From an uncultured virus (IMG/VR IMGVR_UViG_3300004774_000001) (Duplodnaviria > Heunggongvirae > Uroviricota > Caudoviricetes): DNA of 64,000 nt. Below are positions 39,472 to 49,481 of the stretch, piece by piece. The DNA lies in IMG/VR virus record IMGVR_UViG_3300004774_000001. The stretch is one strand, 5' to 3'. Under the pieces are notes generated by a model. The model worked only from the letters and a program-made list of their open reading frames with translations, was not told the origin of the DNA and searched no databases. Position numbers and translations under genes: made by a program. Each line of letters begins with the position of its first letter. Within the stretch, counting starts at the first letter, position 1.

Positions 39472-40275
39472 ATGCACAACGAAGCAGAAATCAAAGAACG
39501 AATTCGTAAACTGCTGGCGGTTGTCGGCAACTCGGCGGCGACGGAGGGTGAAGTGGACAACGCACTTCGATTTGCCACGAGCATGATGGATAAGTACCAC
39601 CTGGAGGAAGAAGATCTGGTCGAGGAGCCGGTTGACCAGTGGAAGAGGGTCGAGGCTGCAACACGGGATCGGGTATTCGTTTCCGTTGGCGGGAAGACCT
39701 ACAGGTGGGAGGGTCACCTCGCGATGTTCTGCGCTCAATTCGTTGGCGGTGTCGGGACGTATCGTGATCCTAGCAAGGACAAAGTCGCTCGCGACCATCG
39801 GAACATCGTGATCCTCAATGAGCAGGATGAACCGTACAAAGGGAAGCGGTTCTGCTTTTACGGGATTGCTGAAGATGCGATGATGGCTGCCGAATTGTTT
39901 CACGAACTACGCATGACTATCCGGGCGATGTCCCGTCTGCGTTGGGGTGGGTGCTATAAGAAGGATGGTGGAGCGTATGCAGAGGGATTCGTCAACGGTC
40001 TGTATACCAAGATCGTGCAGCAGACCAAAGAGGAGAAGTTGCTGGCCCACGAAAGTGGGTCAAGGGCGTTGATCTTGATTGAGAGGCGGAATGATCTGAT
40101 CCGCCGCAAAGAGGAGACCGCCAAGCAGTGGCTGCGGAAGGCTACGGGGATAAAGCTGCAAAGGGGATATGGCTCTCCTGGGGCCTCGGGATCATACGAA
40201 GCGTTCCGTGAGGGAGTCACCGATGGGAAACGGTCGGACGTTAGCGCGCTTCGCATGGCGAAGATCGGAGGTTAG
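39472..40275 (+). CDS. DUF2786-containing protein
   Basis: ERIRKLLA...TEGE...A...MMDKY N-terminal motif. Confidence 0.75.
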   Translation: MHNEAEIKERIRKLLAVVGNSAATEGEVDNALRFATSMMDKYHLEEEDLVEEPVDQWKRVEAATRDRVFVSVGGKTYRWEGHLAMFCAQFVGGVGTYRDPSKDKVARDHRNIVILNEQDEPYKGKRFCFYGIAEDAMMAAELFHELRMTIRAMSRLRWGGCYKKDGGAYAEGFVNGLYTKIVQQTKEEKLLAHESGSRALILIERRNDLIRRKEETAKQWLRKATGIKLQRGYGSPGASGSYEAFREGVTDGKRSDVSALRMAKIGG

Positions 40276-40646
40276 AGTGTCCGTGTTGTATGTTGAGCTG
40301 CCGGATCCCGTGAAACGGGATGATGGACAGTGGTGGATCCCAAGATTTCCACCACATTACTTCGTTGCGATGGGACCATACGCTAGCCTGCTCGAGGCTG
40401 AGGCGGACCGTTGCGGGGTTGAGAATACGATCAACTCCCCAGATTGGCGGAGCGTGATTCAAGACCTTCAAGAGGAAGGGGTGCTGTGATGGAATACGAA
40501 ATCGCCGAGGAGTTGTTACGGAAGATTGAGGCAGCTCTGCCAGAACTCAAGCGACTGGCCCAAGATGGGAGGCTGGATGGTGATTTCTGGCCGGATGTTG
40601 CGGAGGCGGCCGACCTGCTGGTCGCTCTCGTGGAGGCGCATGAGCA

Positions 40647-40880
40647 GTGAAGACTCAATACGCAATTAGACTGGGACCACACCGAGCGGCGGTCGCCGAC
40701 GTCCATCCGCTCGGTCGCTGCCATTGGATAACGAGGATCAACGTGCCGCGGGAGTACCGTGGCAGGGGCTATGGCACCGCACTGCTAGAGCAGGTCTTGG
40801 AAGACGCCGACCGCGAGGGCGTCACGCTTCGGTTGGAGATCAATCCGTACGGCGATTTCGGAATCCCTACGTTGTGGTGA
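40647..40880 (+). pseudogene. Truncated GNAT acetyltransferase
   Basis: INVPREYRGRGYGTALL motif A; ends shortly after LEINPYG. Confidence 0.55.
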
Positions 40881-41021
40881 AGATGGATCTCGATGGGCGA
40901 GAGATCAAAGTCCAGGCCCACCAAGTGCGGGAAATGCAGTAGACACCCCGCTTGTTTCAGACTAGGGAATCATGTAGAATAGTGGGACAGAAACCACCCT
41001 ATTCATCATAAGGAGACAGCG

Positions 41022-41582
41022 ATGGGATTCGCCACAGCACATCTGATGAAGCGTACGGAACGATGGGATGAACGTCGGAAGGCGACCGCAGAAGAGACCT
41101 ACGTCGAGGTCAAGGATTTGATCTATCACACGGTCTGGAGGATCGTCAAGAAGTATGGCGGCCACTTCGACGACATGGTCTCTGAGGCGAATGTCGCTTT
41201 CATCGAGGCTTATGATACGTTCGATGGTCGAATCCCGTTCTCGGCCTGGGTTCGGCAGCTGGTGACATATGAGCTAGTCGATAACGTACGGGCTCGGTGT
41301 GTTGAGCACGCTCGCTACGAGTCGGTTGAGGATTGCGATATCGCCCGACCGTCTCACAACTGGAAAGTTGAGGATGTGCTCGAGGGACTCTCCGAAGATG
41401 CCACGACCGTCATCAAGCTGGTCGTGGATACGCCCCAAGAACTGGCAGAAATCGTGGCAGGAAAGGGCGGTCAGCCACGAAATTTTCGTAGTACAGTACG
41501 ATCCTACCTAGACGGGATCGGCTGGACTGCGAAGCGAGTCGCCGAGACGTTCTTTGAAATTCAACGAGTTCTTGCTGACTAA
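41022..41582 (+). CDS. Sigma-70 region 2-like phage transcription factor
   Basis: DDMVSEANVAFIEAYDTFD...FSAWV...VDNVR pattern; AAGGAG RBS. Confidence 0.6.
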   Translation: MGFATAHLMKRTERWDERRKATAEETYVEVKDLIYHTVWRIVKKYGGHFDDMVSEANVAFIEAYDTFDGRIPFSAWVRQLVTYELVDNVRARCVEHARYESVEDCDIARPSHNWKVEDVLEGLSEDATTVIKLVVDTPQELAEIVAGKGGQPRNFRSTVRSYLDGIGWTAKRVAETFFEIQRVLAD

Positions 41583-41892
41583 CATCTACCAAGAAAGGAA
41601 GCAGACCATGAAGCACCTAAAGCAGCATGCTCGAGTTTGCCGCTATATGACCGCGATGTGATCGACGACGTCGGCCCCGGTGGATTTTGACTGATAGGCA
41701 GATTGGTTTGACGGGATGGGAACGCCAAATACTTTAATGCGAAAGAGTCATGCCCGACATAGCGGGTAGAAGCAATGATTCATCAGTCAACGTCCATGAG
41801 CCTCGGCATTGGTGCTATCGACAAGACAACACCTGCGGCTTGGCATCCGCTAGCGACGAGTAGGCACCGCATCCTATAGGTAGTTGTCTTCA

Positions 41893-41966
41893 CGGAATGT
41901 AGGATAGCCTGGTAATCCGCCTGCTTTGGGAGCAGGAGACCGCTGGTTCGAATCCAGCCATTCCGA
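41893..41966 (+). tRNA. tRNA-Pro (TGG)
   Basis: Acceptor CGGAATG/CATTCCG; anticodon arm CCTGC-TTTGGGA-GCAGG; T arm GCTGG-TTCGAAT-CCAGC. Confidence 0.92.
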
Positions 41967-41970
41967 CTAA

Positions 41971-42086
41971 CTGGGCGTGGTGTAGGTAGCTAGGACGCTA
42001 GCAAGCCAATGCATAGGTTCTGGCGGACAAAGCGCTATCCGGTTTACGGAACCAGGATGCAGGTGAAAATCCTGCCGCCCAGACCA
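41971..42086 (+). ncRNA. tRNA-like RNA with enlarged D and anticodon loops and CCA end
   Basis: CTGGGCG/CGCCCAG-A-CCA; T-like arm GCAGG-TGAAAAT-CCTGC; GGTTC/GAACC stem enclosing 28 nt. Confidence 0.6.
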
Positions 42087-42526
42087 TATTTTGAAATAGG
42101 CCGCTCCGTGTTAGCGGAGGGACTAGACCCTTGCTCTAACAGGCAGAATGCACGCCGAGCTCATACCCCGGAAGTCCAGAGTGGGTTGGTTGGCGGCGGT
42201 TGACACCGCTGTGGTGTAAGGTCCGGGCCTTTTGTATTCCCGAGGGATAGGGGCTGGCGGTCCATCAAACGGTGTACGTGAGCTGCTCGCAAGGCAGTAG
42301 CAAAAAGCCTACCGCTGATCGCATCCAACGCATCAGGGCTAAAGGCCCTCAGCCCCGCGCGTATTCGACCGCTTGCCAGAGTGTCTATCGATTTTAACCT
42401 GCTAACTCGTTCCAACGAGCGAGGAAAAATAGGAGGATCATAGAAACTCTGATCTGGGACAGACAGTCAGAGAACCGCCCACGTAGGGCAACTGGCAGGC
42501 GGTCGTTTTATTCTAGCGGATCACCC

Positions 42527-43927
42527 ATGACCACCACTGAGAGACCAATCGCCTTTGAGTACCAAAAGGACGTCGTGTACGACGTAGAAGATTTTGATGG
42601 GCGAGCTCTCTGCGCTCTGGATATGGGCCTTGGCAAGACTCTCGTCGCTCTCTGGCTGCTGAAGCGGGGGAGGATTCAATCGTTCCCGGCCGTGGTCGTC
42701 TGCCCCGCCTCCGTCAAGTATCAGTGGGAGCATGAGGCGCTCCGTCTGGGGATTCGCCCCACCATTCTCGAGGGCCAGCGGGTCCCATCATCCAAGGGAC
42801 GGAAATCAGAGCCGCCGCGGATGACCATCGTCAACTATGACATTCTGAAATTCTGGCTGCCGGCCCTGCTGAAGCGGGGAGTTGGTACTGTGATCTTCGA
42901 CGAGTCCCAGTATCTGCTCAGCCGAACGTCGCAGCGTACCAAGGCGAGCGTTAAACTTGGCCGAGCTGCACAGCACGTGATCGCCCTATCTGGCACGCCA
43001 TTGGTCAATCGGCCGGCAGAACTCTGGCCAATACTCCACATCCTCCGTCCCGATCTCTATCCCTCATTCTGGGCGTTCGCCCAACGCTTCTGCAAACCAA
43101 GACGAACTCCGTGGGGCTGGAATTTCTCCGGGGCATCCAACTTGGACATCCTACACTCTACGCTGACCAGAACATGCATGGTGCGGAGGTTGAAGAAGGA
43201 CGTTCTCAAAGACCTACCCGAGAAGATCCGCTGTGTGGTTCCTGTCGAGCTGTCCGATCCAAAAGAGTATGAACTCGCGAAGGACGATTTCATCGGATGG
43301 TTGAAGCAGCGGCAGGGAGACAGGGTAGCATCCGCGATGAAGGCCCAGCAGGTCACTCAGCTCGGCTATCTTCTCCGCCTATGCGCCAAGCTGAAGCTGA
43401 GGTCGGTGGTTGACTGGTGTAACAAGTTCCTCACCGAGACCGATGAGAAGCTGGTCGTATTCGCAATCCATATCAAGATGGTCGAGGCACTAAACCGCAG
43501 GCTGCTCGGCAAGCACGTTGTGGTAGACGGATCAGTGACTGGCCGAATGCGGAAGGCGGCTGTCGACCAATTTCAGCGAGATCCAAAGACGCGGGTGTTC
43601 ATCGGCAACATCCAGGCGGCCGGTCAAGGCGTCGATGGCCTTCAACGCGTCTGTTCGACTAGCGTGATCGCCGAGCTGCCTTGGCGGCCGGCCGACCTCA
43701 CCCAGCTGGAAGACCGGACCCACCGGATCGGCCAGGACGCCACTGCATGGTACTATTATCTAGTCGCCAACGGGACTATCGAAGAGAAGCTCTGCCGCGT
43801 TCTGCAAGAGAAACAACAGACGGTCCGAACCGTTCTGGACGGTGGACCTATAGGTGATGATCTCAATATCCTGGACCAGCTACTCGATGAGCTGAGGCAG
43901 CCCGGCCTTCTCCAGACGGCTAGATAA
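42527..43927 (+). CDS. SNF2/SMARCAL1-like helicase
   Basis: DMGLGKT, DESQ, LSGTP, RRLKKDVL and QLEDRTHRIGQ motifs. Confidence 0.9.
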   Translation: MTTTERPIAFEYQKDVVYDVEDFDGRALCALDMGLGKTLVALWLLKRGRIQSFPAVVVCPASVKYQWEHEALRLGIRPTILEGQRVPSSKGRKSEPPRMTIVNYDILKFWLPALLKRGVGTVIFDESQYLLSRTSQRTKASVKLGRAAQHVIALSGTPLVNRPAELWPILHILRPDLYPSFWAFAQRFCKPRRTPWGWNFSGASNLDILHSTLTRTCMVRRLKKDVLKDLPEKIRCVVPVELSDPKEYELAKDDFIGWLKQRQGDRVASAMKAQQVTQLGYLLRLCAKLKLRSVVDWCNKFLTETDEKLVVFAIHIKMVEALNRRLLGKHVVVDGSVTGRMRKAAVDQFQRDPKTRVFIGNIQAAGQGVDGLQRVCSTSVIAELPWRPADLTQLEDRTHRIGQDATAWYYYLVANGTIEEKLCRVLQEKQQTVRTVLDGGPIGDDLNILDQLLDELRQPGLLQTAR

Positions 43928-43945
43928 TCTAGCCGTCTTCTTGCT
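43914..43945 (+). terminator. Perfect 11-bp hairpin over the helicase stop codon
   Basis: AGACGGCTAGA taa TCTAGCCGTCT followed by TCTT. Confidence 0.55.
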
Positions 43946-44037
43946 TATTCAGCCGGCCTTCTCCCAGCACCTAGATATCCTATCTTTCTGGTGCAGTTAC
44001 CTAGAAAACTTTCTTTGGTATTTTGTTTTTCGTTTCC

Positions 44038-44072
44038 AATAATGAGGTCCGGCTGACGAATAACTAGCAGAC
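44038..44072 (+). promoter_or_regulatory. Early promoter-like motif, copy 2
   Basis: AATAATGAGGTCCGGCTGACGAATAACTAGCAGAC. Confidence 0.7.
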
Positions 44073-44097
44073 AACTCAACCGCACTGGAGACGAAAG

Positions 44098-44928
44098 ATG
44101 AACGCGACAGAACTGACCTTCGGAATCGAAATCGAAACCACAGTCGACGTCCAAACCGCAGCCGCCAACCTACTGCAGGTTGGTTCTTACTACAGCGGCA
44201 TCCAGGTGCCCTACCTGCCGGCCGGCTGGGAAGCGAAAAGCGATGGCAGCATCCAAAGCCCAAACGGCCACATGGGCTGCGAAATCGTCAGCCCGATCTT
44301 GAGGGGGGCTGAGGGGCTAGCCCAGGCGGTCGAAGTAGTCAAGATCCTAGAAGCTAAGGGCCACAAGGTCAACGCCAGCTGTGGCGTACACGTTCATATT
44401 GGTTGGAATCGGTGCTGGCCGTCCCAAAGCCTAGCCCGTCTGATCACGTATGTGGCCTGCGTCGAGAAAGGCCTATACGCGATCACCGGGACCAAGAACC
44501 GCGAGCGCGGTCACTTCTGTGGTGGCGTGCGGAAGTACGGGAACGCCACCGAAGCCAAGAAGAACATGGACTACAGCCGATACCATGCACTGAATGTGGC
44601 CAATCTGGCCAACGGCCGGAAATCCACAGTTGAGTTCCGCGTGTTCTCCGGCAGCTTGAACCCCGTCAAGATCGCCGGATGGATTCAAGTTTGCCTCGGG
44701 CTGGTCGAGAAGGCCCTCAACGGGAAGAAGAACGCCCCGTGGAACCCCAAACGGAAGCCGACCGCTGCCAATAAGATTGGCCAGCTCGAGACTTTCCGCC
44801 TCTCGATCTTCCTGGGCTGGGTCGAAAACGAGAAGCATCACTACGGGTGGATGAGCGAAACCATCTCTCGCCGAGATGTGTTAAACGCTTTCAACCGCCT
44901 CGCCAAGAAGTATGACGAAATGGTCTAA
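44098..44928 (+). CDS. Amidoligase (COOH-NH2 ligase, Amidoligase_2-like)
   Basis: TFGIEIE, DGSI, EIVSPIL, SCGVHVH, RYHALN and TVEFR motifs. Confidence 0.88.
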   Translation: MNATELTFGIEIETTVDVQTAAANLLQVGSYYSGIQVPYLPAGWEAKSDGSIQSPNGHMGCEIVSPILRGAEGLAQAVEVVKILEAKGHKVNASCGVHVHIGWNRCWPSQSLARLITYVACVEKGLYAITGTKNRERGHFCGGVRKYGNATEAKKNMDYSRYHALNVANLANGRKSTVEFRVFSGSLNPVKIAGWIQVCLGLVEKALNGKKNAPWNPKRKPTAANKIGQLETFRLSIFLGWVENEKHHYGWMSETISRRDVLNAFNRLAKKYDEMV

Positions 44929-44955
44929 ATTCTGAGAATTTCCTCCGGACCGGCC

Positions 44956-44988
44956 AATAACGAGCCGGCCCGGACGAATAACTAGTAG
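44956..44988 (+). promoter_or_regulatory. Early promoter-like motif, copy 3
   Basis: AATAACGAGCCGGCCCGGACGAATAACTAGTAG. Confidence 0.65.
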
Positions 44989-45024
44989 GGAACAAGACTG
45001 CGAACTGGATCAAGGAGACTTGTG

Positions 45025-45654
45025 ATGTGTGGCATCTTCGGATTCTTCGGTGACAACGGGGCGGTTCCCGACATGAAGCTGCTCCGCAAGCTGGCGATCA
45101 TTACCGAGCAACGCGGAGACCATGCGTTCGGCCTCGCCTGGGCGGACGGTGACCAGATCCAGACCTTCAAGAAACCCGGCCCGATCACTGACAGTTTGGG
45201 CGACCTGCGGATGGTCCGCGAGTCCAGCATGATGATCGGCCACTGCCGCTGGGCGACTCATGGCAGCCCGGACAACAACACCAACAACCATCCGCATCCT
45301 GCGGGTCGTGGGTGGTTGGTCCACAACGGGGTGGTGCGGAACTACCGCGAGCTGGTCGACCGCTTCGACCTCACCATGCAGACCGAGTGCGATAGTGAAG
45401 TGCTCGGCTTGCTGATGGCCAACGGCTCTGGCAACTTGGTTAGCCGCGCCGCCCGCATCAAAGAGATGGTCGAAGGTCCGATGGCCGTGCTCGGGATCTG
45501 GACAAAGCCCAACCGAATGCTGGTGATTCGCAGCGGCAATCCGCTCCACTTCTGCTCTCTTGGCGATGGCCTTTACTTCGCCAGCCTGCCGAACGGCATG
45601 CCAGGCAAGCGCTGGTCCTTGCCGGACGATTACGTCAGAATCTTGAAGAATTGA
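45025..45654 (+). CDS. Class II glutamine amidotransferase
   Basis: MCGIFG, GHCRWATHG, NNHP, HNGVV and DSEV motifs. Confidence 0.9.
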   Translation: MCGIFGFFGDNGAVPDMKLLRKLAIITEQRGDHAFGLAWADGDQIQTFKKPGPITDSLGDLRMVRESSMMIGHCRWATHGSPDNNTNNHPHPAGRGWLVHNGVVRNYRELVDRFDLTMQTECDSEVLGLLMANGSGNLVSRAARIKEMVEGPMAVLGIWTKPNRMLVIRSGNPLHFCSLGDGLYFASLPNGMPGKRWSLPDDYVRILKN

Positions 45655-45666
45655 GGGATCGTCTCC

Positions 45667-45701
45667 AATAATGAGGTCCGGCGGACGAATAACTATCAGA
45701 C
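45667..45701 (+). promoter_or_regulatory. Early promoter-like motif, copy 4
   Basis: AATAATGAGGTCCGGCGGACGAATAACTATCAGAC. Confidence 0.7.
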
Positions 45702-45737
45702 AACTCAACTAGGGAACGAAACTTGAAGGAGAACGAA

Positions 45738-46430
45738 ATGAGTATTCTGAACGTCGGTGATGCGGTTCTGTTTGTGAAGACCTACGGTGCGCGTCCGGTC
45801 GCTGGGAACGTCCACCGGGTGACCAAGACGCAGGTTCGGGTCACGCTGGTCGACGGTACCGAAGCCGGCGCGTTCAATAGGGAGGCGTTTAGCGGCCAGC
45901 ACGGGGCGGCCAAATCCGGCAACTGCCGAACCTACAGCTCGGTTTGGGCTAAGACGGAGGAGAATGAGAAGGAGCTGAACGCGAATGCGACCGAGGCCGA
46001 AGCGAATGCTCTCGAAAAGAAGGCCGCCGAACAGACTCGGCGAGGACAACAAGCTCAGCGTTTGGCTGAGGAGCTGGTGGCTGTCCAGGTGGCTTTTGGA
46101 TGCGGGCCGCAGGATAGCAAGAAGCTGGCTGACGTGACACGGGCTCGGGACGTGATGCCTGATGGTAGTCGCATCTATACCCTTGACATCCCAGTTGCTC
46201 AACAGTATGCCGAACGAAAGATGGGTTGGGAGCGGGTAATCGTTCGCTGCAAGAACGTTGAGGATTACGATTGGACGTCGGAGAATCGTGCGACGGTGAC
46301 CAAGGTCGAGGCGGTCTACACCTACTGCAACGGAAGCTCGGGCAGCTTCGCTTCATGTAGCTCGGCACGTTACGCCACCGACGAAGAGGCAGTCTGGGAC
46401 GCGGTGCGTCGGCAGTATCACAGCTGGTAA
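45738..46430 (+). CDS. Hypothetical early protein
   Basis: AAGGAG RBS after the motif. Confidence 0.65.
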   Translation: MSILNVGDAVLFVKTYGARPVAGNVHRVTKTQVRVTLVDGTEAGAFNREAFSGQHGAAKSGNCRTYSSVWAKTEENEKELNANATEAEANALEKKAAEQTRRGQQAQRLAEELVAVQVAFGCGPQDSKKLADVTRARDVMPDGSRIYTLDIPVAQQYAERKMGWERVIVRCKNVEDYDWTSENRATVTKVEAVYTYCNGSSGSFASCSSARYATDEEAVWDAVRRQYHSW

Positions 46431-46472
46431 GCTCTAGTAGGTTCAACTGGGAATGGGATTTTTGAAGGAGAC

Positions 46473-46859
46473 TTGAAGATGAAGGCTAACGAAATCAAAG
46501 TTGGTGGGAAGTATCGGATGAAGGTGAACGGGATTATTCGGACCGTTCGGGTGGATGAAATCCGGGAAGACTACCGGGGCCGGGAGGTCTATGGCGTAAC
46601 CAATCTGTCCACAGGCCGCCAGACGATAGCCCGATCAGCTGCCAAATTTCGGGAGCCGGCTACTGATAAGGCCCTCTACCTGGAGCGGATCAGCGGGGGC
46701 GCTGAGACCAAGCCTGCTTTCAGCATCGCAGAGGTCAATGCTCGGCAGGGCCGGGAGATGGAAGAGGCGATTGGACCGATTCCGGATTCCTATGCCAACC
46801 AAGACATTGACCGTGAGCAGGCGCGCCTGCTTGAAGCTACTCGAATCGAGAACAACTGA
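46473..46859 (+). CDS. Hypothetical protein (SH3-like N-terminus)
   Basis: AAGGAG RBS; EIKVGGKY. Confidence 0.6.
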   Translation: MKMKANEIKVGGKYRMKVNGIIRTVRVDEIREDYRGREVYGVTNLSTGRQTIARSAAKFREPATDKALYLERISGGAETKPAFSIAEVNARQGREMEEAIGPIPDSYANQDIDREQARLLEATRIENN

Positions 46860-47051
46860 CATGAAGAGTAAACTAACCAACTCGGAACGAATGGCCCGGC
46901 AGAACGCCAGGGCTATCCAGAAGATCAAACAGAACGCCCTGGCAGCGGCCAAGCTCGCCGCCAGGATCAAGGCCGGGGAGCTGACCGCAGCTCAGGCACT
47001 GAAAGAGCTGAGTGGAAAGTCTGAGACCGAACGACTTCATGATAGGGAGAA

Positions 47052-47369
47052 TTGACGATGCGGTACGCCGACAACCATTGCACCTACGAAGAGCAGTTTG
47101 AAAACGGGACGCACTTCTATCGTTTCACTGGGAAGTGCGTTGTGACTGGCAAGAGCTATTCCGTTGATGTTCCTGCGGATGGCCTGTTCGCGTATCGGCG
47201 GGGCGCATACATGCAGACCGCCTTTCCGAACATGCCGGCAGACGACCGCGAGTTCCTGATGTCCGGCATGTCGCCGGAGGGATGGAAGCTGACGTTCGGT
47301 GGAGAAGATGAGGACACCCAAGTGGAGGGGAATGAAGATGGGTCCGTTCAAGACCAAGAGGGCGAATAG
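47052..47369 (+). CDS. Conserved-looking phage hypothetical protein
   Basis: QTAFPNMPADDREFLMSG motif. Confidence 0.6.
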   Translation: MTMRYADNHCTYEEQFENGTHFYRFTGKCVVTGKSYSVDVPADGLFAYRRGAYMQTAFPNMPADDREFLMSGMSPEGWKLTFGGEDEDTQVEGNEDGSVQDQEGE

Positions 47370-47877
47370 AGGATTGCCGGCCGATGGGCCGGCAACGCTG
47401 GTGGTTGTTGGCACGTTCACCCCGGATGGTAGAAAGACCGGGGTCGAGGCGATTGTCAGTATGTTCACTGGATCGGACGGCGGAAAGACACCGGCCGCTG
47501 AGCTGGCGGCCATGCTCAACGAGGCGTGGGACCGATTTCATTCGGGAGGGCCGAAAGATGCGCAGCAGACACAAGATGTGGAGAAATGGGCGTGGTGGCC
47601 GATGGTCAGCGAGGATCATCTGGTTCGCCGAAGGGGAAGCCACGGAAGCAACTGACTGGGATATGCCGGACAACATCCGGTTAGAGTTAATGGACTGCGA
47701 GCGGGAAGTTCAGTTATTTCCTAAGACGTTGTTCGAAGCTCAGCGCATTTGGTTCATGTTCAAGCGGGGTGCCCCGATCGAGGGACAGAAGATTCCATTC
47801 ATTGCTGATCTTCTGAAACTACTGAAAGATACAGGAAAGGAAGTCCCTCAGTGTGGGGATGATACGATTGGCGTCGA

Positions 47878-48747
47878 ATGACCACCATCGCTGAGGTCTT
47901 ATCCCAGATCCACGTCCAGACTGCCGGCCACGGACACCACCACGGCCGGCAGGGGTGGACGAATATTGACTGCCCCTTCTGCCAAGAGAGCGGAAAATTC
48001 CACCTCGGCATCCATGATCTTGGCAGCGCCAACTGCTGGAAGTGTGGACCTCATTCTCTGTATGAAGTCCTTCGGGCACTAACCAGAGATGCCCAAGAGA
48101 CCAGTGAGATACTGGCATCTTTACACCTGGTCCGCCGACCCGGTAAAGCCCGCGTTTCAGGCCATCTCTCGCGGCCCGGCGGGGTTTCAGCGCTGGGCCC
48201 GATGCACATACGCTACCTGCGCCGGCGGGGCCTCGACGCGAGCCAGGCTGCTACGTTGTGGGGAGCAATGGGGATCGGAATCGCCGCCAAACTTCGGTGG
48301 CGGATCTTCATCCCGATTGTCCACCTCGGGCAGGAAGTCAGCTGGACGACACGGGCGGTCAAGCAGGATGCCGACCGGCGATATATCACAGCCGGACCGG
48401 AAGAAGAATCGATGCCGGCGAAATCCCTGCTCTATGGTGAGGATTATGTGAGGTCGGCCGTGATCGTTCACGAGGGACCGCTCGACGTCTGGAAGACCGG
48501 ACCTGGGGCGGTCGCTTTGTTCGGGTTGAACTATTCCGGGTCTCAGGTTGCCAGGATTGCCAAGTATCCACTGCGGGTGATCTGCCTGGACAATGCTGAA
48601 AAAGCCCAGTTTGTCGGTAAGAAACTGGCAGATGATCTATCGGTGTTCCCCGGTAAGACCATCCGGGTTCAGCTCGAGAGCGGAACTGATCCGGGGTCGG
48701 CAGACGACGAGGAGATCGCCGAACTGCGGCAAAAGTTTCTCGAATAA
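47878..48747 (+). CDS. DNA primase-like protein (Zn finger + TOPRIM)
   Basis: CPFC...CWKCG, EGPLD, CLD and DPG motifs. Confidence 0.8.
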   Translation: MTTIAEVLSQIHVQTAGHGHHHGRQGWTNIDCPFCQESGKFHLGIHDLGSANCWKCGPHSLYEVLRALTRDAQETSEILASLHLVRRPGKARVSGHLSRPGGVSALGPMHIRYLRRRGLDASQAATLWGAMGIGIAAKLRWRIFIPIVHLGQEVSWTTRAVKQDADRRYITAGPEEESMPAKSLLYGEDYVRSAVIVHEGPLDVWKTGPGAVALFGLNYSGSQVARIAKYPLRVICLDNAEKAQFVGKKLADDLSVFPGKTIRVQLESGTDPGSADDEEIAELRQKFLE

Positions 48748-48762
48748 TCTTCCTTTCTTTCT

Positions 48763-48797
48763 AATAATCAGCCCCGGTGAACGAATAACTAGTAGAC
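48763..48797 (+). promoter_or_regulatory. Early promoter-like motif, copy 5
   Basis: AATAATCAGCCCCGGTGAACGAATAACTAGTAGAC; flanks also match copy 1. Confidence 0.7.
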
Positions 48798-48818
48798 GAT
48801 TCAACTAGGGAAGGGGAA

Positions 48819-49010
48819 ATGAAGATGATCACGAAAATGAAGACGATACGAGAACTGATTATTGACAGGTTAGTGTGCTCCGTGTGGTTTAGCCGGATGG
48901 AGAAGAGGACGGCTGCGGAGTATAGTGCGTATCTCACTAGTCTATCCGACGAGGATTTACTTAATACTCTGATCGATACGAAAGTGAGTGAGGCCGAGTT
49001 GACTGACTGA
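48819..49010 (+). CDS. Small hypothetical protein
   Basis: Directly after motif copy 5 with a purine-rich RBS. Confidence 0.5.
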   Translation: MKMITKMKTIRELIIDRLVCSVWFSRMEKRTAAEYSAYLTSLSDEDLLNTLIDTKVSEAELTD

Positions 49011-49280
49011 CTAAGTGCCACTCAATTGGTTTCCATTCGAAAAGTGAAGTAGTCAACCACGCAACACACAGGGCCGACAACCGACCCGTTCGGGGGTCGT
49101 GCGGTGCCATGACGCGGCACACGCGCAACAAGTGCTCGGTGAGTCTGCTACGGTGGTATCCGAGCCCGCCGCGGATACTACGATTATGTGGACGGCAATG
49201 GCTGCTGGTGGTGTTCGGACGCGATGCGATTGGCATCGCGGGACTAGGGCCAACCGGCCCGCAACGGGGAGGGTGGAAAG

Positions 49281-49445
49281 ATGAAGAGATACACTATCAG
49301 AGAGGGCGGGGAAACCGGATCCTGGTCGGTAGTCCGCGAAGACGGAGCGTGGACGGAGTTCCTGTCTCGCGACGAGGCCGAGAGTGCCGCTTCGGCGCCG
49401 TCGGCTGGCAAAATGCTGGAGTCTGATTTCAATTGGCAGTTCTAG
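49281..49445 (+). CDS. 54 aa cassette protein (MKRYTIREGG...)
   Basis: RBS inside the upstream repeat; TAG stop forms the start of the next repeat. Confidence 0.65.
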   Translation: MKRYTIREGGETGSWSVVREDGAWTEFLSRDEAESAASAPSAGKMLESDFNWQF

Positions 49446-49481
49446 GGCCGGCAACCGGCCCGCAACGGGGAGGATGACGAG

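Noticed and set aside
41670..41890. Possible tmRNA (GG-TTTGACGGG and CATGC resemble its 5' part)
   Set aside because: No tag reading frame and no matching T-arm/CCA 3' end found.
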